Part shown: one piece after another, positions 10,735 to 23,982 of the stretch
Layout of the letters: each line of letters starts with the position of its first letter
Position numbering within the stretch: the first letter of the stretch is position 1
Assembly (NCBI RefSeq): GCF_046119375.1
Contig: NW_027362771.1
Location: forward strand, 623,720,001-623,784,000
Source: Phyllobates terribilis
Lineage: Eukaryota
Reading direction: 5' to 3'
DNA: 64,000 nt
Notes under the pieces: generated by a model
Told to the model about the DNA's origin: nothing
The model's input: the letters and a program-made list of their open reading frames with translations, nothing else
The model's database searches: none
Program-made: the position numbers and the translations under genes

Positions 10735-13700
10735 CTAGATGGTGGCCCGATTCAAACGCATCGGGTATTCTAGAATATGTATGCTGCCGACGGGGCGCAA
10801 TTAGCAGAGCGGAGTTTAAATTTGGCGCCCAAATCGCTGATTGGTCTCGTTAGGCAACCGCGACCAATCAGCAAAGCGGTGTTTAAATTTGGCAGCAATA
10901 TCGGTGATTGGTCGCGGGCGGCGGCCGCGACCAATCTGCGAACCGTGTTAGTGAGGACTGGAGAGCGTGTTTAAATTTGGCACCAAAATCGCTGATTAGT
11001 CGCAACCAATCAGCAGAGCGGTGTTTAAATTTGGCGTCAATACCGCTGATTGGTCGCGGCCGCTGACCGCGACCAATCAGCAGAGCGATACAGAGCGGGA
11101 TTTAAATTTGGCACCAAAATCGCTGATTGGTCGCCGGCCGCGACCAATCAGCAGAGCGGTGTTTAAATTTGGCGCCAAAATCACTGATTGGTCGAGGCCG
11201 CCGGCTGCGACCAATCAGCGATTTTGGCGCAAAATTTAAACAACGCTCTGCTGATTGGTCGCGGCCGTCAGACGCGACTAATCAGCGACTTTGGGGCCAA
11301 ATTTAAACCTCGCTCTGCATCGCTCTGCTGATTGGTCAAGGCCGGCGACCGCGACCAATCAGCAGAGTGTTGTTTAAATTTGGCGCCAATCTCGCTGATT
11401 GGTCGCGGGCGGCGGCCGCGACCAATCAGCGAACTGTGTTAGTGAGGAATGGAGAGAGTGTTTAAATTTGGCACCAAAATCGCTGATTAGTCGCGACCGC
11501 GACCAATCAGCAAAGAGGTGTTTAAACTTGGCGACAATACTGCTGATTGGTCGCGGCTGGCGACCGCGACCAATCAGCAGAGCGATGCAGAGCGGGGTTT
11601 AAATTTGGCGCCAAAATCACTGATTGGTCACCGGCCGCGACCAATCAGCAGAGCGGTGTTTAAATTTGGCGCGAAAATCGCTGATTAGTCGCGGCTAACG
11701 GCCGCGACCAATCAGCAGAGCGTTGTTTAAATTTTGCGCCAATACTGCTGATTGATCTCGGCCAGCGACCGCGATCAATCAGCAGAGCGTTGTTTAAATT
11801 TGGCGCCAATCTCGCTGATTGGACGCGTCTGGCGTCCACGACCAATCAGCAGAGCGTTGTTTAAATTTGGCGCCAAGCTCGCTGATTGCTCGCGGCTGGC
11901 GTCCGCGACCAATTAGCACAGCAGTGTTTAAATGTGGCGGCAAGATCGGTGATTGGTCGCGGCCGCTATTTAAATGTGGCGCCCAAATTGGTGATTGGTC
12001 GCGGGCAGCGGCCGCGACCAAACAGCAGAGCAGTGTTTAACTTTAGTGCCAAGATCACTGATTGGTCGCGTGCGGAGAGCACGACCAATCAGCGAATCAT
12101 ATTGGTGAGGAGCGGGGAGCGGAATCGTATTAGTGAGGACCGGGGAGCGGCGCTGCCTGTGCGGCTACTTCCGCTGCGAGAACCCGGGACATGAGTGGGC
12201 GCTCGCAGCAGAAGTATCCCGACCCGCAGCGCCGCTCCCCGTTCTTCCCTTCACACCCTAGCCGCTGATGTCCCCACAGTATCAGCATGGTGTTACAAAG
12301 GTCCGGACATTTGTGTTAAAAATCGCTGATTGGTCGCTGGCGCTGCCCGCAACCAATCACCGATTTGGGCGCCAAATTTAAATATCGGCCGCGACCAATC
12401 ACCGATCTTGGCTCCACATTTAATCACCGCTGTGCTGATTGGTCGCCGACGCTGGGCGCGACCAATCACCGATTTTGGCGCCACATTTAAATAGCGTCCG
12501 CGACCAATCAGTACAGCGGTGTTTAAATGTGGAGCCAAGATCGGTGATTGGTCGCGGCCGATATTTAAATTTGGCGCCCAAATCGGTGATTGGTCGCGGG
12601 CAGCGCCAGCGACCAATCAGCGATTTTTAACACAAATGTCCGGACCTTAGTAACACCATGCGGATACTGTGGGGACATCAGCGGCTAGGGTGTGAAGGGA
12701 AGAACGGGGAGCGGCTCTGCGGGTCGGGATACTTCTGCTACGAGCGCCCGCTCATGTCCCTGGTTCTCGCAGCAGAAGTATCCGCACAGGCAGCGCCGCT
12801 CCCCGGTCCTCCCTTCACACCCTAGCCGCTGATGTCCCCACAGTATCCGCATGGTGTTACAAAGGTCCGGACATTTGTGTTAAAAATCGCTGATTGGTCG
12901 CTGGCTCTGCCCGCGACCAATCACCAATTTGGGCGCCAAATTTAAATATCGGATGCGACCAATCACCGATCTTGGCTCCAGATTTAAACACTGTTGTGCT
13001 GATTGGTCGCGGCCAATATTTAAATTTGGCGCCCAAATCGGTGATTGGTCGCGGGCAGCGCCAGCGACCAATCAGCGATTTTTAACACAAATGTCCGGAC
13101 CTTTGTAACACCATGCGGATACTGTGGGGAGATCAGCGGCTAGGGTGTGAAGGGAGGACCGGGGAGCGGCGCTGCGGGTCGGGATACTTCTGCTGCGAGC
13201 AGTCGCTCATCTCCAGGCTTCTCGCAGCGGAAGTATCCACACAGGCAGCACCGCTCCCCAGTCTTCACTAATACGATTCCGCTCCCCGCTCCTCACCAAT
13301 ACGATTCGCTGATTGGTTGCGCTCTCCACACGCGACCAATCAGTGATCTTGGCGCTAAAGTTAAACACCGCTCTGCTGATTGGTCGCGGCCGCTGCCCGC
13401 GACCAATCACCGATTTGGGCGCAACATTTAAATAACGGTCGCGACCAATCAGTACAGCGGTGTTTAAATGTGGAGCCAAGATCGGTGATTGGTCGCGGCC
13501 GATATTTAAATTTGGCGCCCAAATCGGTGATTGGTCGCGGGCATCGCCAGCGACCAATCAGCGATTTTTAACACAAATGTCCGGATCTTTGTAACACCAT
13601 GCGGATACTATGGGGTCATCAGCGGCTAGGGTGTGAAGGGAGGACCGGGGAGCGGCGCTGCGGGTCGGGATACTTCTGCTGCGAGCGCCCGCTCATGTCC

Positions 13701-14536
13701 CGGGTTCTCGGAGCGGAAGTATCCGCACAGGCAGCGCCGCTGACATCTATGCGGCTAGGGTGTGAAGGGAGGACCGGGGAGAGGCGCTGACATCCAATTG
13801 GTCGCGGCCGCTATTTAAATGTGCCTCACAAGTCGGTGATTGGTCGCGGTCTTGGCCCACGACCAATCACTGATCTTGCGGCTAAAGTTAACCACTACTG
13901 TGCTGATTGGTCGCGGCCTATATTTAAATTTGGCGCCCAAATCGGTGATTGGTCGCGTTCAGCATCCGCGACCAATCAGCACAGAGGTATTTAACTTTTG
14001 CGCTAAGATCAGTGATTGGTCGGGTCCGAAGACCGCGACCAATCATCGAATCGTCTTGGTGAGGACCGGGGAGCGGCGCTGCCTGTGCGGCTACTTCCGC
14101 TGCGAGAACCCGGGACATGAGCGGGCGCTCGCAGCAGAAGTATCCCGACCCGCAGCGCCGCTCCCCGGTCCTCCCTTCCGCATGGATGTCAGCGACGCCG
14201 GCGGTCCTTCCGCAGCTACCGGCCGGGACATGAGCGCCTCGCGCCGCTCATCTCCCAGCTGCATCTCCGTCCCGCAGATGGGTCCAGAGGTCGAGGTCCT
14301 TCTGCTGGTACCGGCCGAGAGATGAGCGCCTCGTGGCGCTCATCTCCCGGCTTCAACGCCGCTGAGCTCCGTCCTGCAGATGAGCCGCTAACGGCCGCCA
14401 TCTTTTTTCTGAAATCCCGCGGCGCTGATTGGCCGCTGCCAGACCAATGAGCGACGCGGCATTTCCTGGACAGACAGACAGACAGACAGACAGATAGACA
14501 GACAGACAGACGGGATAAGACAATTATATATATAGA
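10735..14536 (-). mobile_element. Non-autonomous Helitron filled with palindromic CCAAT/GGCGCC tandem repeats
   Basis: On the minus strand it starts A|TCTATATATA and ends with a hairpin (CCCGAT...ATCGGG, 10746-10765) then CTAG|T. (GACA)n at ~14468-14510. No Rep/helicase ORF. Confidence 0.85.
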
Positions 14537-16220
14537 TAAGCCCCAGGGATGTAAAAAAGTCTTCTTATAGTCTTATATCAAGATATGTGAAGAAACTCAC
14601 CTTGAACCTGACAGTAGAGAACTTGTCCAAAACAAACACAAAAATGTATAAATTCCACAAACAGTAGACTACACATGTACCATATACAGTACATATACCT
14701 ATATACTCATTTGTACATGCCGAAACCACATTTTCAAATCATGTCTCAATGTTCCTTTATAGACGACGTCATGCCCTAAAGTAAAATGACTGTTCTGCTT
14801 ATCCTGCGTCATGTGTCCATAGGATTATAGACAACAGAAAAATACACCAATTTTGCAAGCACCTGCATCAAATGTGACCAAACCCATTAAGCAGTGGCCT
14901 CCTAAGTGACCCTATGTCCCTTTTTCATCTCTGAAGTTCCTGAACTTGCAGGTGTCTCTGAGATTAACTGATCAAAAAGGGTCCCCAATCAAGTTGAGAC
15001 CTGGATATGTTTGTCACCACATGGGGTGCAGAGGGTACAGTTACACCTGGGCCTGGTTCAGTATTCCTAACAATGTCAAACAGTTCAGGGGCCCTGTTTA
15101 AAATTTTATATTTTAGGCCCAGGTGTGTATGTAACGAATTGCATGGTGTCCATAAGAATCAAAGACCATCCATTGACTTCTATGGACACTGGTGGATCTG
15201 GTGCCATTTTTTAATGGACTCCTTATGTTGATTCAAATTACCATGAACATCAATGTCTACTTTGATTCTCATGTGTCACATAGGCTGAGATGTTATATAT
15301 AGAGATGAGCGTTGTTCTACTCGAACTGTTCGCCAATCTCAAATTCGAGCTGTTTTGGGCGGTGTTCGAGCCGGTCGGCGAACACGAACAATTTGAGAAA
15401 AATTCGGCTGTTCGAGGTTATGTTCGATAACTGTTCGTGCACCAAAATCATAACTGGATTTTTTCTCAGTAATGATGAAAATTAATGTTAATACGCAGTT
15501 TGAGTGTACAGCGGGGCGGGGGGAGGGGCAGGGGATGGATCTCTGCAGGAACAATGAAGATCTCCATTTTTTTTTCTCTTTCCCGCATTTGCAGTGGGGA
15601 GGTGCAATCTGTCAGCCTATCAGCAGCGCACACACGGAGCGAAGTGCTTTTTTTCACACAAGCAAGGGCATGTGTGATTGGCAGTGTATGTCACATGTCC
15701 TTGCCCTATAAGACCAAGCCATTTTCCCCGTTGCCACCATTTTCTCACTGCTGCAGCTGCGTGTTAGACGGCACCGCTGTTGCTGTGTGCGCTATACCTT
15801 GTTAATTTCAAGCCAATTTTCGCACAAATCTACAGATAGCTTGGGAGTAGGGAATAGTTGTGATTGCAGTCCTTTTAAGGACTAGGTTACAGCATTTCCT
15901 ACGACTTTTATCAGGCAGGTCTGTGCTCTTAAATAGATAGATTGTGGGAGTAAAGACTAATTGTAATTGCAGTCCTTTTCAGGACTAGGTTACATCAGTT
16001 CCTATCAGTTTTTGCCAGGCAGGTCTGTGCCTGTGCTGTGCAAGTTTTTTTCACAGCATTTGGCTGAATCTAGCAAAGCTAATCCTTTTTGGCCTATTGC
16101 AGAGTGTGTTAGTCAGTGGAGTAGCCTATCTGTGTTGCAAGGTATACCACCTGTGTATAGAATACCAATTTTTTTACTGCACCTAGTGAAGTAAAATCTT
16201 TTGGGCATAGCATCATTCCA

Positions 16221-16835
16221 TTAGTCCATCTATACTGACCTCCATCAGGTTGCAAATTAAAACTAATTTTTATCTGCATCTACAGTACCTCTGAAAAAAT
16301 ATTTGGGCTCCTACCTGTGTGTGGGACTTGTTGTATTAGTCCATCTATACTGACCTCCATCAGGTTGCAAACTGAATATATTTTTTTCTGCATCTACCTC
16401 TGAAAAAATATTTGGCCTTCTAGTAGTGTGTCGGACTTTCTCTATTAGTCCATATATACTGACCTCCATCAGGTTGCAAATTAAAACTAATTTTTATCTG
16501 CATCTACAGTACCTCTGAAAAAATATTTGGGCTTCTAGCTGTGTGTGGGACTTGTTGTATTAGTCCATCTATACTGACCTCCATCAGGTTGCAAACTGAA
16601 TATATTTTTTTCTGCATCTACCTCTGAAAAAATATTGGGCTTCTAGCTGTGTGTGGGACTTGTTGTATTAGTCCATCTATACTGACCTCCATCAGGTTGC
16701 AAACTGAATATATTTTTTTCTGCATCTACCTCTGAAAAAATATTGGGCTTCTAGCTGTGTGTGGGTCTTGTTCTATTAATCCATCTATACTGACCTCCAT
16801 CAGGTTGCAAATTCAAAATAATTTTTTTCTGCATC
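16221..16835. repeat. 108-115-bp tandem repeat, 6 copies, in the hAT 5' region
   Basis: GACCTCCATCAGGTTGCAAA at 16237, 16352, 16461, 16576, 16684 and 16792. Confidence 0.9.
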
Positions 16836-17097
16836 TAACCCAGCCAATAGTTTTGGCCTAATACCACAGTTTGGCCACTCAGCTCTGCTCGGTTACCATC
16901 CATTGTTTTTTTGTGCAAACAACTCCAGAGTTGTGAATTAAGCGACAACTTTAGTTTTTTGTCAGGGCAGGAACAGGTTGGCTCTGAGGACGACGGGTGT
17001 GATAACGCACAGGGTGATGATGATGAGGTCGGAGATCCCACTTACTGTCAACCCACAGTCAGCCAAGAGATGAGGTCAGCAGAGGAGGTGGAGGAAG

Positions 17098-20010
17098 ATG
17101 CTAGTGACGACGAGGTCAGGTTGCGCCTTCCTGGACAGAGACGTAGTACTGGAAGCACGTCAACAACTGCATCCTCAAACAACTCTGCCTCTCACCACAA
17201 GTCGTGGTGGCTCTTCAGGTCGCATGGGTGCTAAGCCTTGCATAGCCTGGGCATTTTTTCAGATCGATAAAGATGACCCAACTCGTGTTATCTGTAACAT
17301 TTGTCAGCAAAAGCTAAGTAGAGGCCAAAAAATACATAGTTTGAGTACTTCATGCATGAACCGGCACATGGACATGAAGCATAAGTTGCAGTGGGAAGCT
17401 CAGTGTGCTACAATGCGGCCTAGCCGGCCGGGCCAACCACCGTCTGCCATATCTTGTGCATCCGCGGCCTCTTCATCCTCTGTGACTGGGGGGACAGCAG
17501 TCACACCTGTTTTGGGGCGCAGACCTGCCACCTCTTTACCCGCAACAGCCAGCGTGATTGGCAGGTCATCATTTTCTTTGGAGGTGGTAACACCAGCTGG
17601 TGTTGAGCGCTGTCCGACATCGATAGCACCACCTTTGGATCAAGGCAACCTAACATGTCCGCCTGCATCTTCCTCACAGACCGGCAGTTTGCCGGGGACA
17701 CCCTTATCAACCCCGTCTAAGCACAATAGCCAGCCCTCGGTCCCTCAGATGTGGACAAGTAAAAGACCATTTCCTCCTAGCCATGAGAAAGCTAAGAGGT
17801 TGAATTTCACCATCTGCAAGCTCTTGGCTACAGAAATGCTGCCTTTCCGCCTGGTGGACACAGAGGATTTTCGAGACCTTATGTCCGTCGCAGTGCCCCA
17901 GTACCAGATGCCCAGTCAGCACTACTTCTCAAAGAAAGGTGTGCCTGCGCTCCACCAGCATGTCGCACATAACATCACCGCTTCTTTGAGAAACTCTGTG
18001 TGTGACAGGGTGCATTTCACCACAGACACTTGGACGAGTAGGCATGGACAGGGGCGTTACATGTCGCTGACTGGGCACTGGGTAACTATGGTGACAGCAG
18101 GACAAGGGGCTGCTGTCCAAGTCTTGCCGTCCCCACGAGTTGTGCGTCAATCCTCTTTATGTCAAAGTTCCTCCACTGCTTCTGCCTCCTCAACCTCCTC
18201 TCGGTCTTCCACCTGCACCCAAAGCCTGTCTGGTCATGCCACAAGCTTTCTAACTGCGCAGAAGGGATCCTGCACACCTCCTTACTATGCTGACAGTAGG
18301 GCTCAACGTCATCAGGCGGTTTTTACATTGAAATGTCTGGGAAATGTGAGTCACACAGCTAAGGAGTTGTGGTCAGCTCTGGAGAACCAATTTCATGAAT
18401 GGTTGTCTCCACTGGACCTGAAACCAGGGAAGGCCGTGAGCGACAATGCTGCAAACCTGGGTGCGGCCCTTCGCCGGGGCAATGTCACACACGTGCCTTG
18501 TATGGCTCACGTGTTGAACCTGGTTGTCCAGCAATTTTTAGCCCACTATCCCAGACTAGATGGCCTTCTGCAGAGGGCACGGTCGCTGTGTGCTCACTTC
18601 CGCCGTTCGCATCCCGCAGCTCAGCGACTTACATCTCTACAGAAGTCGTTGGGCCTGCCACTTCACCAGCTAAAATGCGATGTGCCTACCCGGTGGAATT
18701 CAACTCTGCACATGTTGCAGCGACTGTGGCAGCACCGACAAGCCCTGGTGCAATACGTTCTGACGTATAGCCTGGGCCAACGAGATTCAGAGGTGGGGCA
18801 AATCACGCTGGAGGAGTGGTCTCAGATCAGGGACCTATGCACCCTTCTGCACAGTTTTGAAATGGCGACGAAGATGTTTAGTGCTGACGATGCCATTATC
18901 AGCATGACTATTCCGGTGATTTACATGCTGGAGCACATGTTAAACAGAATTCGGAGTCAGGTGGTGGCACAAGAGGAGGTGGAGGAAGTAGAGGAGGAGG
19001 AGTTGTATGCGGAAGGGCTAACATCTGCAAGGTCCAGACGGTCGGCAGCACCAAGGCGGCAGGCATGTGAGGGTGGGGGAGATGGTTTTACCAGGGCGCA
19101 TGGTAGCAGCCAAACTAGTGAGGAAGGTGCAGGAGCCCAGGAAGAAGTGGAGGACGAACTGATGGAAGACTCATCAGATGAGGGAGACCTTGATCACATT
19201 TCTGTTGTGCGAGGTTGGGGGGAGAGGACAGAGGAAGGAAGCATGATTGTTACCTCGCCACCAACACAACAGGGACTTGGTGCTCCTGGATGCGCAACAC
19301 ACATGAGTGCCTTCTTGCTGCACTACCTGCAACATGACCCTCGAATTGTGAGAATTAGAAATAATCCTGACTACTGGGTTGCCACACTGTTAGATCCCCG
19401 GTACAAAAGTAAATTTGCAGAAATTATTCCTGCCATAGAAAGGGATGCACGCATGCAGGAGTATCAGTAGAGACTGTTGCAGAATCTTACATGTGCTTTT
19501 CCACAAAATACCAGTGGTGCACGTAGTGAATCTCACAGTTCCAACTTGCCAACCGTGGGACCGTCAAGTGTTCAGCACTCAAACCGTAACAGAACCACAG
19601 TATCTGCTGGTAACATCAATTTTGCGGAATCATTTCACCACTTTTTTAGCCCATCCTTTGCAAGGCCACAGGAGACAAGAAGTCTGACACATAGTCAACG
19701 CCTAGAGACGATGGTACAGGGGTATCTCCAAGTAAACATTGAAGCCACGACTGTGTCACTGGACCCTTGCTCTTTTTGGGCTTCCAATCTGGATAAATGG
19801 CCGGAGCTAGCCACTTACGCCTTGGAGATCTTGTCATGCCCCGCAGCCAGCGTTCTGTCTGAACGTGTGTTCAGCGCTGCTGGTGGTGTGCTGACAGATA
19901 AGCGCACGCGGCTCTCCACTGATAATGTAGACAGACTCACGTTCATAAAGATGAACAAATCATGGATCCGAAACGACTTTTCTACCCCTGTGTCATCCTG
20001 GGGAGAGTAA
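17098..20010 (+). pseudogene. hAT transposase (BED finger, DDE core, C-terminal dimerisation domain) with one in-frame stop
   Basis: ORFs 17098-19470 and 19477-20010 are in the same frame, separated by TAG at 19468-70. Motifs CNICQQKLSRG..H....H, FTTDTWTS, SDNAAN, CMAHVLNL, CDVPTRWNST and SERVFSAAG. Confidence 0.92.
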
Positions 20011-20335
20011 AAGCTTGATGATTGGTTAAAATCACCCTACCAACCGTTTTAAGCTTTCAAATTACTAATCATGTTTATCTGTATCTTGACTGGAAAATAA
20101 TTTGGGCTTTGTAGCAGTGTGCAGCACTGATCCTATTAGGCCATCTATACTAAAGCTTCACCAGATTTAAAATTAAAAATAATTTTTAGCTGCATCTAGC
20201 CCGGAAAATAATTTTGGGGCTCCGAGATGCGCAAGGCACATAAGTGCCTTCTTGCTGCACTACCTGCAGCATGACCCTCATATTGTCAGAATTCGAAGTA
20301 ATCATGACTACTGGGTTGCCACACTCTTAGATCCC

Positions 20336-21710
20336 CCAAACTTTTCGATCAACCTTTTCATTTTAATAAAGACCAAAAAAATGGTCATTTTTGAAATTAT
20401 AAGCATTAGCAGGTTGTTAGAAACTGAAATCAAACAGTTTTCAACTCAAAACTTTATTCTAGGTGATGTTACATTTTCACATAGGACCCCTTGTTCGAAA
20501 GGAGCTTCTGAACTCTCTCGTCCATTGAATTTGTCAGGTTTTGGATGGTTTCTGCTTCAATTGTTTTGCATGAGGACAGAATACCCTCCCAGAGCTGTTG
20601 CTTAGATGTGAACTGCCTCCCGCCATCATAGACACTCCTTTTAATGATGCTCCAAAGGTTCTGAATGGGGTAGAGGTCAGGGGAGCATGGGGGTCACACC
20701 ATAAGTTTGTCCCCTTTTATGCCCATATCAGCCAGAGATGCAGATGTTTTATGTGCAGCATGAGATGGTGCATTATCATGCAGAAAAATGATCTTGCTGT
20801 GAAATACACGGTTCTTCTTCTTGAACCATGGCAGGAAGTGCTGTTTGAGAAAATCCACATACATTATGGAGTTCATCTTTAGCGCCTTCAGGGATCCTAA
20901 AGGGGCCGACAATCTCTCTCCCCATGATTCCAGCCCAAAACATTACTCCACCTCCTCCTTGATGGCGCTGTAGCCGTGTTTGCGTGGGGTGTCCATCAAC
21001 CAGCCATCCTCCACTCCATCCATCTGGACCATCGAGCGCTGCACGGCACTCATCCGTGAACAAAACAGTTTTGAAATCAGTCTTCATGTAATGTTTGGCC
21101 CACTGGAGCCGTTTCTGCTTGTGTGAAGTGGATAGAGGAGGTCGACAGGATGGCGCATGCACAGCTGCAAACCTCTGAAGGACCCTGCATCTTGTTGTTC
21201 GGGGGACGTTGGAGGCACAAGCAGCTTCAAAAACTTGTCTGCTGCTATGACAAGGCTTTTTTGCCGCTGCTCTTTCAACCTGACGTAATTGCCTGTAGGA
21301 AAGAGTCCTCAATTTGCCCTTATCAGCACGCACACGTGTGTACTGTGAATCAGCTACATACTTCTTGATTGCCAAGACACTTCATCCTGATCATCGCACA
21401 ATGTTGATTGTAGTCATGCCTTGACCTAAACACTCCACAATTTGTTGCTTCTCAGCAGCCGACACATCCTTTTTCTTTCCCATTTTGGCAGAAAATGTAG
21501 GCTGCTTAATAATGTGAGAGAGCCTTCTTAAGTAGTCTTGCCTTTCATTGGACACACCTGCCAAACTAATTAGCACAGGTGTCTGCAATTGCTTACAGTG
21601 ATATAAAGAGCCCTGACACACATCACCATCAATGAGTTTAACTGACAAACAAACAAATTCTTCCCTTATCACTCCTAAACACTTTTTGCATAATAATTTG
21701 GAACGCAGTG
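20336..21710 (-). mobile_element. Tc1-family transposon, frameshifted, one end truncated, nested in the hAT
   Basis: Terminus CACTGCGTTCCAAATTATTATGCA next to TA at 21711. Fragments MGKKKDVS (ATG 21483), VLFTDECRA, GGGGVMFWAGI and FLHDNAPSHAA. Confidence 0.88.
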
Positions 21711-21789
21711 TACATGTGCTTTTCCAAAAAACGCCAGTGGTTCACGTAGTGAATCTTACAGTTCTAACTTGCCAACCGTGGTCTGTATG

Positions 21790-23595
21790 GAGTTGTTCAA
21801 TAAAGGGCCCAAAATTAAGATAACATAGATGGGAGAGGTCTCTATGAATAGGAATTCCTAAGTATTTGATACCCTGTGAGGGCCAGGCAAAGGGAAAGTT
21901 GGACTGGATGGAATCCTATATGGATTTGGGGAGGGAGACATCGAGGGCCTCAGACTTCGCTGCATTGATTTTAAAATTTTACCATGTAACAAAGTGATCT
22001 ATTTCAGCCATAACAGCATGGATGGATATATGTGATTGAGTGATATATACTAGGACATCATCAGCAAATAGAGAGCACTTGTACTCGGTGCCTCCCACCT
22101 CAATCCACCTAATATTGGGGTTATGGCGAATTGATGAGAGCAGGTGCTCCATCACTAGGATGTATAAGAGAGGGGACAGAGGACATCACTGCCTTGTCCC
22201 ATTGGTGATTGTGAAAGGTGATGAAAATGTTCTGACGCACCCCCTGGGCCTTGGGACACCCGGAGCCGGACCCTTTTTGGTGGATGCTGGTGGTTGTAGT
22301 CTTCGTGGCGGCGACCCGGTTCCGTGGCTCAGGGCGGTCAAACCAGTGGCGGAACTATTTATGTGGTTTTGATGTTTAAATGTCCGACTACGCCACCCAT
22401 GGATTGCGGTCAGAGTGAACCGCCGCTACAGGGCAGACCGCTGAGGCTGGTGTTGTGGGTGCAGCAGAGCGTAGCATAACTCCCCACGGGAGGAGTATAG
22501 CCTCAGGGCAGTGTATGCGGAGGATGGGGGTGATGGTGCAGGGCAGCAGCAGTAATGACACAGAGTCAGTGATGCAGTTCAGGGCCTTTACTCACAGTTC
22601 TTATTATCCAGACCACGTCTGCAGGTAACGGCTGCCCACGTCGTACTGTGCTCACCAGGTGAGGGGCTCAGACAACTCCCAGATAACTTTGGAGCACTTC
22701 ACAGGACCCCCTTTGTGTGTCCTTTGTCTGGCCTTTCTTACCAACACTTCTGTCCGGCTGCCTCGGGCCTCCTCTTGGTAAACTTGGTGCCAGTTTCCCT
22801 GACCCTATGTGGTGCCTTCCTAGCGGGTGTAGCGAGGGGCTGCGCCACATAAAATGTCAGAGCCTCCGGTTTCTAGCTGAGGGTCGTTTCCTGCCTCCAC
22901 TAGTTCGGGGACCGGTCTCCCCCTTTGGCCTGACCCCTCCACGCAGGTGGATTCGGGCGTGCGGTGGCGACTCGCCCGTCCGCACCCCTGGGATCCCTTC
23001 ATTCCTCGTTCCTGGAGCCTTCTCCGCTCCTCTTCCTTCCTTCTCCCTCTTCCAGGCCTGGGCCTCTGTTACTAGGCCCGCCTCCGGAGCAGAGCTCATG
23101 CAGAGCCCCTGCTTCCTGCCACTTCTGCTCAGACTTCTCTGCACTGAACTAAGATGGTGCCCACCTTTTATACTCCCTTCTCAATGCACCCAGGAACTGC
23201 TTCCTCCCTGCTCCTGCACTACAGGGTTCCCCTTCCTCAGTGTTCCCTCCCCCCACTCCAGCCAGGGACAGGGACTGTCGTGCCCATCTCAGGGGCATAT
23301 TGGTCGCCCTGCCCCACGGCAATGTGGTGTAATGCATGCAGGTGTCGGGTCCTGATCCACACTCCATCCTTACCTGAGAGTGAGATATCACACCTCTGGG
23401 TGAGGTGCAATACGTCTGTAGCAACCGAGCACTCAGGGTGCTACAGTTCCATTTATCTTCAGCCTAGGTGACGTATTGCGATACAGGGCCGTGATTTTGG
23501 CTATAAAAGGGTCCCCTAGACCCCTACCCCAAGCTTTTTAAGAGAATCATATATGGCGTGCCAGGAGACTCTATGGAATGCTTTCTCAGCATCCA
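21790..23595 (-). mobile_element. Decayed L1/Tx1-clade RT fragment, split by a solo LTR
   Basis: Minus-strand translations DAEKAFHRVSW (~23560-23592), GTRQ*CPLSPLLYILVMEHL (~22140-22200) and SLFADDVLVYIT (~22040-22078). Confidence 0.8.
22233..23445 (-). mobile_element. Solo LTR (1213 bp) related to the LTRs of the 43374-48205 element
   Basis: TG...CA termini (minus strand TGTAGCACCC...GGGGGTGCGTCA); 4-bp TSD GTTC; shared terminal hairpins, TATA and AGTAAA. Confidence 0.9.
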
Positions 23596-23859
23596 ACGAG
23601 AGTATCTAATTACAAATTTTTAACTGCATCTAGCCCAGGAAATACTTTGTGCCTAGTAGCAGTGTCTGCTAGTCAGCGGATTATCTCGGCTGTTAAGCAA
23701 GCTGCACCACCTGTAGTTTAGACACTTAATTTTTTCAAAGGAAATGCTTCGGGACCATGGGATACTTAGTGAAGAGCATCAGGAGGCACCCCAAGGCATA
23801 GGGGCTGGGACTGGCAGTAGGATGCCTTGCGGTGGACAGCCGAGCTCGATCCTTATAAA

Positions 23860-23982
23860 AGCTTTTTAACTGCAGCAGCTTTAGTGGACGCTACTGGAGC
23901 TGGAATTACCGCGGCTGCTGGCATGAGACTTGCCCTCCAATAGATCCTTGTAAATGGATTTAAAGTGTATTCATTCAAATTA
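23860..23982 (-). pseudogene. ~123-bp 18S rRNA-derived fragment inside the hAT 3' region
   Basis: Reverse complement reads ...CACTTTAAATCC..AAGGATCTATTGGAGGGCAAGTCT..TGCCAGCAGCCGCGGTAATTCCAGCTCC..TAGCGT...GCTGCAGTTAAAAAGCT, the conserved SSU 530-loop region with several substitutions. Confidence 0.92.

Noticed and set aside
10777-14325. Palindromic repeats suggesting a CRISPR array, and many short ORFs
   Set aside because: No unique spacers and no cas genes; the context is eukaryotic and the repeats sit within Helitron termini.
23860-23982. Functional rRNA gene
   Set aside because: Only ~123 bp, with substitutions and no flanking rDNA.
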